From Leptogorgia sarmentosa (taxonomy: Eukaryota), in NCBI GenBank assembly GCA_964658305.1, contig OZ210885.1:21204001-21268000 (forward strand): a stretch of DNA of 64,000 nucleotides, in the 5' to 3' direction. The notes under the pieces are model-generated. The model had not been told where the DNA came from. It saw only the letters and a program-made list of their open reading frames with translations, and ran no database searches. Of this stretch, positions 13,109 through 23,449 are shown piece by piece. Numbering within the stretch: position 1 is the stretch's first letter; each line of letters opens with the position of its first letter. The translations under genes and the position numbers were made by a program.

Positions 13109-14173
13109 ACCTCAGATCAGGCAAGATTACCTGCTGAATTTAAGCATATTACCAAGTGGAGGAAAAGAAACTAACACGGATTCCCCCAGTAATGGCAAAT
13201 GGAGAGGGAATAGCTCAACTTGAAAATCTCTGCTGTGTTGCAACGGCGAATTGAAGGTTTGAGAAGTACTTTCCCGGCGCATCGGGCATGCCTAAGTTGT
13301 TTGGAACAGCATGTCATAGAGGGTGACAACCAAGCCGAATCAACTAGCTCTGAAAATGGATGGCGCTCAAGCGTCGCACCTATACTCGGCCGTCGGAACA
13401 AGTGCGACTTTCCAGCGAGTAGGAGGGCGCGCCGGTCGTGACGAAGCCTTTGGTGCGAGTCAGGGTGAAACGGCCACCCGTGCAGATCTTGGTGGTAGTA
13501 GCATATATTCAAATGAGAGCTTTGAAGACTGAAGTGGAGAAAGGTTCCATGTGAACAGCAGTTGGACATGGGTTAGTCGATCCAAAGAGATAGGGAAATT
13601 CCATTACAAAGCGTCCCATTCGTGGATCGCCTATCGAAAGGCAATCGGGTTAATATTCCCAAACCAGAACAGGGATACTGCCACACTTCTTGTGGGGTCC
13701 AGAGCGCTTTCGACGGCGCTTGAAAATCCGAGGGAGTCGCTCATTTTCTTGTCTGGTCGTACTCATAACCGCAGCAGGTCTCCAGGGTGAGCAGCCTCTA
13801 GTTGATAGAACAATGTAGGTAAGGGAAGTCGGGAGAAGGATTGGCTCAAAGGTTGGGTCTGTCGGGCTGGGACTTGAAGTGTGAGGATTCAAAGTGGCCT
13901 GAAAGAGGTGCATGGCTTGCTGCGCGTCGATGTCGGACCGCGAAGGAACTTGGTGTGGATTGGCTCAGCTGTGACCATGAGGTCGATTCGGCAGGCAAAT
14001 AACAACCAACTTAGAACTGGCACGGACAAGGGGAATCCGACTGTTTAACTAAAACAAAGCATTGCGATGGCTGGTGACTGGTATTGACGCAATGTGATTT
14101 CTGCCCAGTGCTCAGAATGTCAAAATGAAGTAATCCATCCAAGCGCAGGTAAACGGCGGGAGTAACTATGACT
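13109..14173 (+). rRNA. 28S: 28S rRNA pseudogene, 5' end to R2 site, with a large internal deletion at ~13331
   Basis: ACCTCAGATCAGGCAAG...GCTGAATTTAAGCATAT start; jumps from GAGGGTGACAACC to the CTGAAAATGGATGGCGCT region; ends at GGCGGGAGTAACTATGAC. Confidence 0.93.
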
Positions 14174-14177
14174 TAAG

Positions 14178-17010
14178 CAGTCCTAAGTGGAGAGAGGAAA
14201 AGGCATATTCAAAGACTAATTAAACACTTGAAAGCTCAAAAAGCTATATAACAATGGAAAGAGTGTTAAAAAGCTGAGCTAAGTCGACGGAAAGGTAAGC
14301 AATAAGGTGTCCCGATTGCGGTGGCGCCTTCACTGGCAGAGGAGGTCTAAATGTTCACTGTCGTACACGCCACCCAGATATGTATCACGCTGCTAGACAA
14401 CCGGCAGCACGGTTGAAAGCCAGATGGTCCCATGAAGAGCTTGTTCTTGTAGCTAGAGAATCCCCCCTGAGAGAATCCCCCCTGAGAGGATTGTCGCTGT
14501 ACTCCATTCCCAGTTTCCCGATCGTACGCTCAAAGCCATCAAGTGCGTACGAAATAAGAATGCCCGTTATAAGGAAATTCATGCCGCCTTGGAGGAGGAT
14601 CACGACGGGGAACTACCTGTGGAGAGCCCGGCCTGGCAGCAGTCAACTTCCGTAAATACGGAGTGTGTGTGTGGAGGGACAGGCTCCGAATGCCTATTAA
14701 CATCGACCATATCGATATTGATAATCTGGACTGGGTGGAAGATGGTTGTCCCGCCGTGACCATTCGTGATAGGCTTGATGAGTTGTTTGCGTTGTGGATC
14801 GGGCATCTTGTTCGTGGTGAGCAGGCTCCTGAAAGCAGTCATATGCCCACAACGGGTGCTCCAATTCCTAATCGTGAATTAGATCCCCAAAGACGTAGAC
14901 GCGCGCAGTACAGTGAACTCCAACACCTGTATGGTCGCAAAAAATTAACCTGTGCCAGTAAGGTCTTAGATGGGTCGTGGGAGAGCGTTAAATCCGACCC
15001 GGGGCCTTCACTTGAGCAATTCCGAATGGCCTGGCAGCCGATCTTTGAGATGCTGGTCCCGATGGGGTGAAGTTGAGGGATGTCGTTGGGCACAGGATGG
15101 AAGAGCTCTGTAGCCACTATAATTTGTGGCTACTTTGTGGGAGTCAGCCGAGTACCTTGTGCATCGGTCGAACGATTTACATCCCGAAGGGCTCCCAGTC
15201 CAGTGAAGCACTTAAGTATCGTACTATTACCATTGCCTCTCATATGTTACGGGTCTTTCATAAGATCATGGCTCGAAGGTTTGATGCGCTCCTGCCCCTT
15301 AAGTATACCCAGAAGGGGTTCAGGAATGGGGATGCGATTGCTCAGCACGTGCTATCTCTGCAGGCCATCATTGATGGGGATAAGCGTGAGCATAAGCCAC
15401 TAAGCTTGGTTTTCTTGAATGTGAGTAAGGCTTTTGACTCGGTCAGCCATGACACAATCATATTGGCGATGCTGCGTCTTGATTGCCCTGAGCCGTTCCT
15501 TGCGTATGTTCGAGACCTGCATTTATGCTCTAGCACTGTGATTGAGCATAACAGAGAAAGAAGTGCACCGATCTTTACTTGCAGAGGGGTAAAACAAGGT
15601 GACCCACTCTCACCTTTTATGTTAAATGCTGTTATAGACTGGGCTCTTTCGTCCCTTGATGACCATGTGGGGTTTTCGTTCGGCGGCGTCAGGGTTAACA
15701 ACCTGGATTATGCCGCCGCCAAAACGTTGCTGAGTTGATCCAAACCCCTTCCTGGCAACCAATGAAGGCATTATTCCATCTTTACATGCCTCTGGGGGAG
15801 TACAGGTGCCTAGGTATCTTGTTGGGGTCTCGCAGAGCGAGAGTGTGCAGTTCCCTGCGGAATGATCTATTGCAGGGACTGCATAACATCTCAAGGGCAC
15901 CTCTGAAGTCGTTCCAGCGAATGACCATCTCGCGAATATTCTTGATTCCGAAGTACCTGCACGAACTAGTCTTGGCACCAGTAGGCGACGGATGGTTACG
16001 TTGGGTAGATAACTCTCTCAGGGCTAATGTGTGTCAGTTGCTGAAATTACCAAAGGATACTCTGGTGGCTTTCTTCCATGCCAGGGCTAAAGATGGGGGT
16101 CTTGCCGTTCCATCTCTCCGGTACTCTGTACCTGTGATGAGGAGGAGACGGCTTGGGACTCTCTCTACTGCTCTGGTTGCCTCTCCTTTCGTTATGAGGG
16201 AGTTGAGCAACGTATTCACTAAAACCTTGGACGGGCGTTTGGTTACTGACAAGCAGTCTCTCGCTCAGGCTTGGGCTGCGAGTCTATATGCCAAAGTAGA
16301 TGGGATGGGTTTATCCGAAGGTGTCTGACCCTGCCTGGAATCAATCCGGGTCCAATTACATCGGTGCCATTAAAGCTAGGGGCGGACTCCTCTTTTCTAA
16401 AGTGCGGTCCGCACGTGTTGACCCAGGTAGAAGTGCAACATGTGACTCATGCATGCGCCCAGAGACAGACGGCTCAGCATATAATTCAGGTATGTCAGAG
16501 AACTAGCGGGCCTAGAATGCGGTGTGCGGTGCAAAGTGGTGAAATACGTATGCGTAGCTGCCCAAAAAGCCGGCTATAACGTTATGGTGGAGCCTAGGAT
16601 CGTCGGTCGTACTCTGGGTGTTCGGAAGCCGGATCTCGTTCTTTGGAACGGGAGTAAAGCCTACGTGGCAGATGTCACTGTAACTTCCGACCAGGTCGGA
16701 GGGGTTAAGGCGCACCGAGATAAGGTTGTCTACTACGACCAGCCAGAGATTAGGGAATGGGTTGAGCGCCTTATGGGGTGGTCCGATATTTCCTTTTCCG
16801 CGGTTGCCGTCAATTGGCGAGGAGTTTTGGCATCTCCAAGTGCGGACTTCCTTAAATCGGTGCTGAAACTATCAAAGCGGGACATATCCTCGTTGGGTCT
16901 TAGGATCTGTGAGGAAACCTATCATATTCACCAAAGCTTCAGGCAAGGCACGTTTCGCGTGCGGAATAGGGGTGCCTCATGAAATTGAGTTCGGGTTTTT
17001 ATAATGTCGA
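14178..17010 (+). mobile_element. Degenerate R2 retrotransposon (family 2) starting at the 28S R2 site
   Basis: C2H2 finger CPDCGGAFTGRGGLNVHCRTRH, Myb-like KARWSHEE, RT (QKGF, KAFDSVSH, GVKQGDPLSP; deleted just at YADD), SRAPLK, CDSC knuckle and RKPDLV endonuclease ending at 16982. Multiple frameshifts; no downstream 28S flank. Confidence 0.92.
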
Positions 17011-17012
17011 CC

Positions 17013-18434
17013 GGTTTTCGGGAAAAAGCGCAAATGGATGGCTCGTACATCAGTCGTCCAGCCCACCATTGAAGGAGGCCTGAATGTTGTTGACATCAAT
17101 AATAAGCTTTTGTCCCTTCGTGCCATATGGTTGGTCGGTTTTTTCTACAGCATAGCCACCAGTGGGCATCTCTTTTTCCCCATCTTGTTGCTGGCGTGTT
17201 TGCCAGTCGGTACAACACATTCTTGCTCGTGATCCTCTGCCAGCATATTTGATTAAAAAAACTTCTTCCCTGTTATCGGGGTGTGTTTACTGTGTGGGTC
17301 CTCCTGAAGGGTAGGAGCGAGCAGGGTCAGTGGGTCATCCCTCGTCCTTTGGGACAGTTGCTTCCCCTCTCTGAGCTAACAGCTCGTACAGGGTATTCCC
17401 TACTCCGGCGCTCTTCTGTGTTGAGCATCGCTCAGTGGCGAAATATCGGGACTGGGGCACTGACGTCTCATGGCAGGCTGTGTGGGCCTCGCTACACCTT
17501 TGGCATTTTGTACGAGCCGTTCAAGACACCGCTTGGCTGTCTTTGCACGGCATTCTTCCCACTGCCGATCGTCTGGTCCGTTTTGGGATGAGAGTAGACC
17601 CGCTGTGCTTTTGTGGTGCACGAGAGAGTTTACTCCACCTATTTACCTCTTGCCCCTTTTCGGCATCTGTCATCGACTGGTTCCAGTCAATCCTTCGTAA
17701 ATTTCAGCCGAATGCTCCTCCGCTCCCAGTGACTACCATTTTATTTGGCTTCGTATCCAATAGCCATGTGCCTGTTGTCTTTCCTGCCCTGCTAGGCATG
17801 CTGCGACACCAAATCTGGCTAAGCCGCAATGCTCAACGGTTCGACCACGTAGCCCCAGATGTTAACACCACACTGAACAAAGCAAAGACCACCTTTCGCT
17901 TTCTGGGACTGGCTGGCAGTTCCTAGTTCCCCATCTTTTCTCTTCCCTCCCTCTTCCCCCCCCCCCTTTTCGTTTGTGTTTAATGTAGTGGTCTAGGGGC
18001 TCAACGGTCGCCTTTACTGGTTGTACTGTCGTTGTCCTCTGGGCTAGTTTGGCTGTTGTTTGGATTGGACAGCACGTTTGTCTGTATGTTGTTTCGTTTT
18101 GTCCTCCCATGAAGATCTGGCGGTCGCCTTAATTGGTTGTACTGCCTGTATCGGATGGGGTTGTCTGTTTGTTGCAATTTTTGCCCTGTGGTTCGCTTGG
18201 ACTTCTTCTGAGTGGGTTGCACAGGTTTTGATCTAGGGGTTGCTGCTCATGTTGTAATCGTCTAGTTTAACATCATCATCTGACCATTTCACCATCATTA
18301 GGTTAGGGATCCCAGGGCATGAAGGTGGTTAGCACCGGATCGGTCAGGCCACTCATGGTTGCATCATGGCACAGGGGAGGGGCTCACGACCCCTGTTGAT
18401 CAAGTCGACAAGCCCGTCGTCGTTCAACTCAAAA
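17013..18434 (+). mobile_element. 3' part of a Tx1/L1-clade LINE (copy 1) with complete 3' end abutting U2 snRNA
   Basis: QPTIEGGLNVVD and zf-RVT (LHGILPTADRLVRFGMRVDPLCFCGARESLLHLFTSC); ~500-nt 3' UTR shared with 25810-26260; ends ...TTCAACTCAAAA. Confidence 0.88.
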
Positions 18435-18589
18435 TAAGATCAAGTGTAGTTATCTGTTCTTATCAGCTTAATATCTGATATGTTAGGCAATGTCCTAACT
18501 CATATATTAAACTGATTTTTGGACCTCGGCCATGGGATTGAAGCTTGCTTCGCCCTGGCCACGGGTTGTCTCGGTATTGCACTACCTCC
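18435..18589 (+). ncRNA. U2: U2 snRNA fragment lacking the first ~21 nt and the 3' tip
   Basis: TAAGATCAAGTGTAGT(T)ATCTGTTCTTATCAGCTTAATATCTGATA, Sm site ATTTTTGG, and loop IV GTATTGCACTAC. Confidence 0.95.
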
Positions 18590-18866
18590 TAATTTCATTA
18601 TTGGGGGAAGATTTCTCGATCACTATCAGTTCAAAATTCTAACAAATTATTCTTGCCTTTACAGATAGATCATCGCAATCCGCCATTTGCCAGGAGATAT
18701 GTATATATGACGTATTCAGCGCGGATGACCGACCACAAATTATACTTGCATGGTAAGCGCCCTAAGATTCATGTTATAATAGTCTTGGGTAGCTCGCTCG
18801 CTAACAAAGCATCATCGTTGTTCATGAGATTTACATTCATTGATTTTTTTGTAAACTCGTATTGAA

Positions 18867-19015
18867 TATGGTCGAGAATTGTCGGAACATGAAAACACGG
18901 TGCAGTCCGAGAGATTGATCGATCCACAGACGACAAACTCATCCCCATGCATTCGTTCCACAAGCATTCCTCGCAGTTGCATTGTATAAAAGGTAATTGT
19001 ATGTGACCTGAAGTC
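18867..19015 (+). promoter_or_regulatory. Conserved U1 upstream region (candidate snRNA promoter)
   Basis: ~150 bp shared with 21227-21380, including invariant AAACTCATCCCCATGCATTCGTTCCACAAGCATTCCTCGC and GTATAAAAGGTAAT at about -32. Confidence 0.55.
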
Positions 19016-19180
19016 ATACTTACCTGAAAGCGAGAGGCACCTTGATCAACTAGGAGGTCCTCTCAGGATGAGGCCCTTTCATTGCACTTCGACTGGGTTG
19101 ACTCCTGTGATTACCCCTAATGTGGGTAACTCAAGCGTATAATTTCTGGTAGTGGGGACCTGCATTCGCGCTCGTCTCCT
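19016..19180 (+). ncRNA. U1: U1 snRNA gene or pseudogene, copy 1
   Basis: 5' ATACTTACCTG, U1-70K loop GATCAACTAG, U1A loop ATTGCAC, Sm site AATTTCTGG and 3' stem-loop; 165 nt. Confidence 0.93.
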
Positions 19181-19279
19181 TTATAATCTCTCTTATTATC
19201 CCCATTTCCATACTCAAAAGAGCCAATATAAGTGTCGTCGGGCATCCTAGTATACTGAAGGGACAACAATTCTACCAAA

Positions 19280-20062
19280 TCGTGGTTACATACTTTCGGT
19301 TAACATGAGATGCACACTGTGCGTTGCCGTGGATTAGTACCAGTTGTGAAGCCGTGGTGTCAGGACGTGTTTGCTTTTGTAAAAAGAAAATTTGAGGTAC
19401 GTGGTTTTCGAAATTCTTGCACCGTTTACCTATTATGATCCTTCGCTTTATATCCCTTTAGATCAGGCAAGCAACAACTATTCATATTACCAACGCTGAC
19501 TGTAAACAATTTATTGTTCATAGTCGCCCAAGGCCGTGTGGGAAAGAAAGCTATAGTTTCCCATGTCAGGTCGCTCTAACGGGAAAGAAAGTTATTGTTT
19601 CCCCCATATCTCTCTAGCATGTGGCTAGATAAGCGTGCATACGCTAGGGAAAGAAAGTTGTCGTTTCCCTCCCGGTCGTCGCTACTCGCTAGTCAAGTGC
19701 GACGAGTGTATTCCTCCTATTAATGGCAACATTTTTTGCTTCCAGTTCCAGTGACGGATATGACAGACCAAGCGCAGGCTGGTGATTTGTCTAATAAAAC
19801 TTGTGTGCTAGATGGCCACTCGTCCAGTCTAAACAGCCAAACAAGCTCTCAAATGAGAGAGTTAATGGCTAGCATGATGAACGACATGTTGGCTAAAATG
19901 AGAGACGATATGCTTGAACAGTTTCAGGCATACGTTGAGGGCGGTGAACCGCGTGATGACCACGATGAGGCAGAGGATGAGCCAGCTGAGGACCAGACAC
20001 AAACAGGTGGTGCCATGGACGATTACCATCACTCCATTTCACTTTTCACGGAAATTCTTTAG
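19280..20062 (+). mobile_element. Possible 5' fragment of a DIRS/Ngaro-like retroelement (leader with hairpin repeats, start of a gag-like ORF)
   Basis: Three GGGAAAGAAAG-N6-TTTCCC motifs followed by an acidic/helical ORF 19736..20062. No catalytic domain is visible. Confidence 0.3.
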
Positions 20063-20119
20063 GGTTATGCCTATTTAATTCGATATGATCCTTACAGTAT
20101 TGGCGTTTAGCAGATTTAA

Positions 20120-21226
20120 TCAATAATAGTTTCGCTTGGACTGATAAACCTGATGAAGGCCCTCGGAATTACTTTTAACGGCTCTTTTTTTCAAATAATC
20201 TCGCTTGTTCATCTCACATCTAATTTCAGTCGTTAGCCATGGTGCATATGTGCTTCTAACTTTTCTAGTTTTAATTGGAGCATATATATCTAACACATAA
20301 TTAAAAGTATTTTTAAATTGATCCCATAAAAGGTCAGGATCATTCTGATCCCAAGACAAGTTACTCAATAAATGTGAAATGTGGTTGTTAAAATAATTAA
20401 TATTATAGTTTTTTAAATTTCTGCTTTCCACAATTTTGGGGTTGTCTCGAGGCACTGCCACTTTTAAGCATGCATACACCAAGCTGTGATCACTGATACC
20501 TATGCGTATTACACCACTTTTTAATACTTTATCAGGTCTGTTTGTTGCAATTATGTCAAGCAAGGAGGCTGTGTTATTTGTTACGCGTGTAGATTCAGCG
20601 ATCACTTGTTTCATTTGGCACAGTTCAAGAATGTCCATAAGCCTACGTGAATGGGGTTGCAAGAATGATAGAGAAAGGTCACAGTTTAAATCCCCAGTGA
20701 TTATCAATTCTTTGTCTTGATCATCCAATAAATATAAATAATTTTCTAAATCATCCATGAAATTGGCATTAGAGTTTGGACGATAAACACTAGTGACTAA
20801 TATTGGTTTGGTTTTAGGTTTAATGATTTCAAGACAAACCGCTTCAATATTTTGTGGGACAAAAGATGAAATTTCTCTAACATTTAAAACATCCCTAGTG
20901 TAAATAGCTACACCACCACCATACCTACATCTGTCTTTTCTCCAGAGGTTATATCCTTGGATACTAACCTCTACATTACTTATTGACTCATCTAATCTTG
21001 TTTCATTGACTGTAAATATGTCTACAGGTTTATTAGTAAGATAGAGTCTTAGTTGATCCATGTATTTGGGTATGGATGTAATGTTTAAGTGCACTATTCT
21101 AAAGCCTTTAGGGGTGTTTAGCTTATTCTTGCTTAAAGACTCTTCACTTAACGTTGATTCATTAATGAAGTCAGGTGTCCTCACAGAGGTCAAAAAATTT
21201 TTAGGCAAACTACAGCTTGGAACACA
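20120..21226 (-). mobile_element. Apurinic-like endonuclease region of a CR1/L2-group LINE ORF2 (fragment)
   Basis: HLNITSI, NETRL, GGGVAIY, VYRP, TGDLN, LDII and SDHSLVY motifs; broken before the RT domain. Confidence 0.9.
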
Positions 21227-21380
21227 TATGGTCAAGAATTGTCGGAACGTGCAAACACGGCGCAGTCCGAGAGATCGATCGATCCATCTATCGACAGACA
21301 AACTCATCCCCATGCATTCGTTCCACAAGCATTCCTCGCGGTTGCAGCGTATAAAAGGTAATCGTATGCACCATGAAGTC

Positions 21381-21544
21381 ATACTTACCTGACGCGAGAG
21401 GCACCTTGATCAACTAGGAGGTCCTCTCAGGATGAGGCCCTTTAATTACACTTCGACTCGGTTGACTCCTGCGATTACCCCTAATGTGGGTAAGTCGAGC
21501 GTATAATTTCTGGTAGTGGGAACTTGCGTTCGCGCTCATCCCCT
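21381..21544 (+). ncRNA. U1: U1 snRNA gene or pseudogene, copy 2
   Basis: ATACTTACCTG start and Sm site AATTTCTGG; U1A loop altered to ATTACAC; flanks homologous to copy 1. Confidence 0.92.
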
Positions 21545-21999
21545 TTGTCATCTCTCTTATTATCCCCATTTCCATACTCAAAACTGCCAATTGTCGGGCA
21601 TCCTAGTATATTGCCAAGACAACAATTCTATGTGTTCTTCACACTGGCCGCGTGTTTAACGAACATGTGTAACTCGATACTACATCGCGGTCATTTGAAT
21701 CTAATATATAACCATGCAATCAATAATGGACTACTGACACCTCGCTGCATACATGTTACATGGAATGAATGAATGAGTCAATACGCGCTGCCAACCGATC
21801 ATGCATTTTATACTAGACTTATGTTAAACAACATTTCCAATTCAAATGCAATCGTCATTTCGCCAACCGAAGCGCAACCGGACATGTCGCTCATTTGCCA
21901 TTCCCGAATCGGTCGCGAAGCCAGCGAACCAAGGTAGGTCGGGAAAACGCGCTACGTGCGCCTGCGAAAAAATCGCCAGAAATTAATTGCGATATCCAG

Positions 22000-22485
22000 A
22001 GAATGTAAAAAGATATCTTACTGCGAAGTTTGAGATTGGAGAAACAGCCCACAAAGCAGACCCAACACAAGTTTCTCTAGACATACGAGCTGCGAAAGAC
22101 TATTTAAGAAAGAAGAGTGGCTGAATAAATTACAAATAAAAGGATTTTTTCCAGATTAGCAAAACAGCGGAGGAAAGGTCTAACTCGAGATGATACGCCA
22201 AAAGAAGATGACATAGATGAAAGCGACTTCGAGGAGGATGAAGAAAGGGAAACACTACTTGGCAACATCCTCTCTCAGATCAACGTATCTCATCCCATAC
22301 ATTACGATACCTATGATTTATGTGAAATGTACAAACAAAAGAAACTATCAGTTTTCAAAGTATCTATGTTGAAAGAAATTTGTGGACATTTCGAGCTTCA
22401 GTTTAGGTCGAAGGACAAAAAACAAGTTCTTATTGATCTTATCTCAACAATGGTAGGACAATGCACCTGCAGTAAAAGCAAATGA
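22000..22485 (+). pseudogene. C-terminal fragment of a DNA-transposon protein (Sola3-like by recollection)
   Basis: Broken frames read KRYLTAKFEIGET..KADPTQVS...EEWLNKLQIKGFFSRLAK and HPIHYDTYDLCEMYKQKKLSVFKVSMLKEICGHF...CTC. Confidence 0.4.
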
Positions 22486-22634
22486 AATGGAAGGAAAACA
22501 TGTCGTTTGTCTGTGATTAGTTCACTAATCGCATTAACATGCCTTGCAAATAGTTATCTCCAACCATGCATGGAACTGTGTCTTATTTGCATTGACTGTT
22601 ACTGTTGCCGGATTCTTTGCTAAACAATTTTACT

Positions 22635-23050
22635 ACTGAACTATTTCATGTAGCATCTTCATTGCAGTTGCTAGTGGAAAATCTTTTGCTTTCAACGGAA
22701 GGTATCTTAATACCTTGAAAAGTTTATGGAACTATTTTGCAGGTCATCTTTCTGCTAGTGGAAGATATTTTGCCTTGAACATTTCACTGAACTATTTTGC
22801 GTGGAATCGTGCAGCTAGGGGAAGATATTTTGCCTTGAACATTTTACAAAACTATTTTGCATGTCGTCGTGCTGCTGGTGGGAAACACGTTCTCTTGAAC
22901 ATTTCACTGAACTATTTTTCGTACCATCTTCCTGCTGGTCATAGATACCTTGCCTTGAACAATTTACTAAACTATTTTACGTGTCATCTTGCTGTCGCGG
23001 AAGATATCTTGCTTTGAACATTTTACTGAACTATTTTACATGTCATCTAA
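22635..23050. repeat. ~60-bp minisatellite, 6-7 diverged copies
   Basis: AACTATTTT recurs at ~22730, 22790, 22850, 22910, 22970 and 23029; unit roughly GAACTATTTTGC..GTCATCTT.CTGCTAGTGGAAGATATTTTGCCTTGAACATTTCACT. Confidence 0.9.
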
Positions 23051-23449
23051 TTGGCGTTGCTGCCGAAGGCACTTGAATATTCCATGAATGAAGCACTTAC
23101 TTTAGGAATTGCTCTTCATTGACTTAATGATGTTCTGGAAGTATCACATGCATAATGCATGAGTATATAGATAATACACTCAGTCAATGATATAGATCTG
23201 TCCATAATCGAAATGATCATTGCAATAGACCTTATATTGTGCAGCAACCTTTATTGAAAAGTTTGAAACCGCGGCACGTTTCATTTCCGATTAAATGTAT
23301 GATTTCGGAATTTCAACTATTTTTTGCTTTCTCGTATGTTGGTCAGAAAAGCAAGCTGGCGAGTACTTTTTTTCCTGTCTGCATCAGATGATTGACCCTC
23401 CTTTTTTTTCCACTCTTTTGTGCGCTGACTTTCCTTGGGCTTACAACTG

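Noticed and set aside
9315..13913. Many short ORFs over the rDNA
   Set aside because: They are chance frames on rRNA sequence or its antisense strand, not proteins.
10984..14173. Functional rDNA unit
   Set aside because: 18S lacks its 5' end and an internal segment, 28S has a large deletion and an R2 insertion, and invariant positions are mutated.
18769..21382. ORF 18769..19017 and the first ~52 aa of ORF 20120..21382 as a duplicated protein domain
   Set aside because: Both are antisense translations of the duplicated U1 upstream region.
22635..23050. CRISPR array
   Set aside because: Eukaryotic context, no cas genes, and the variable parts are homologous to each other rather than unique spacers.
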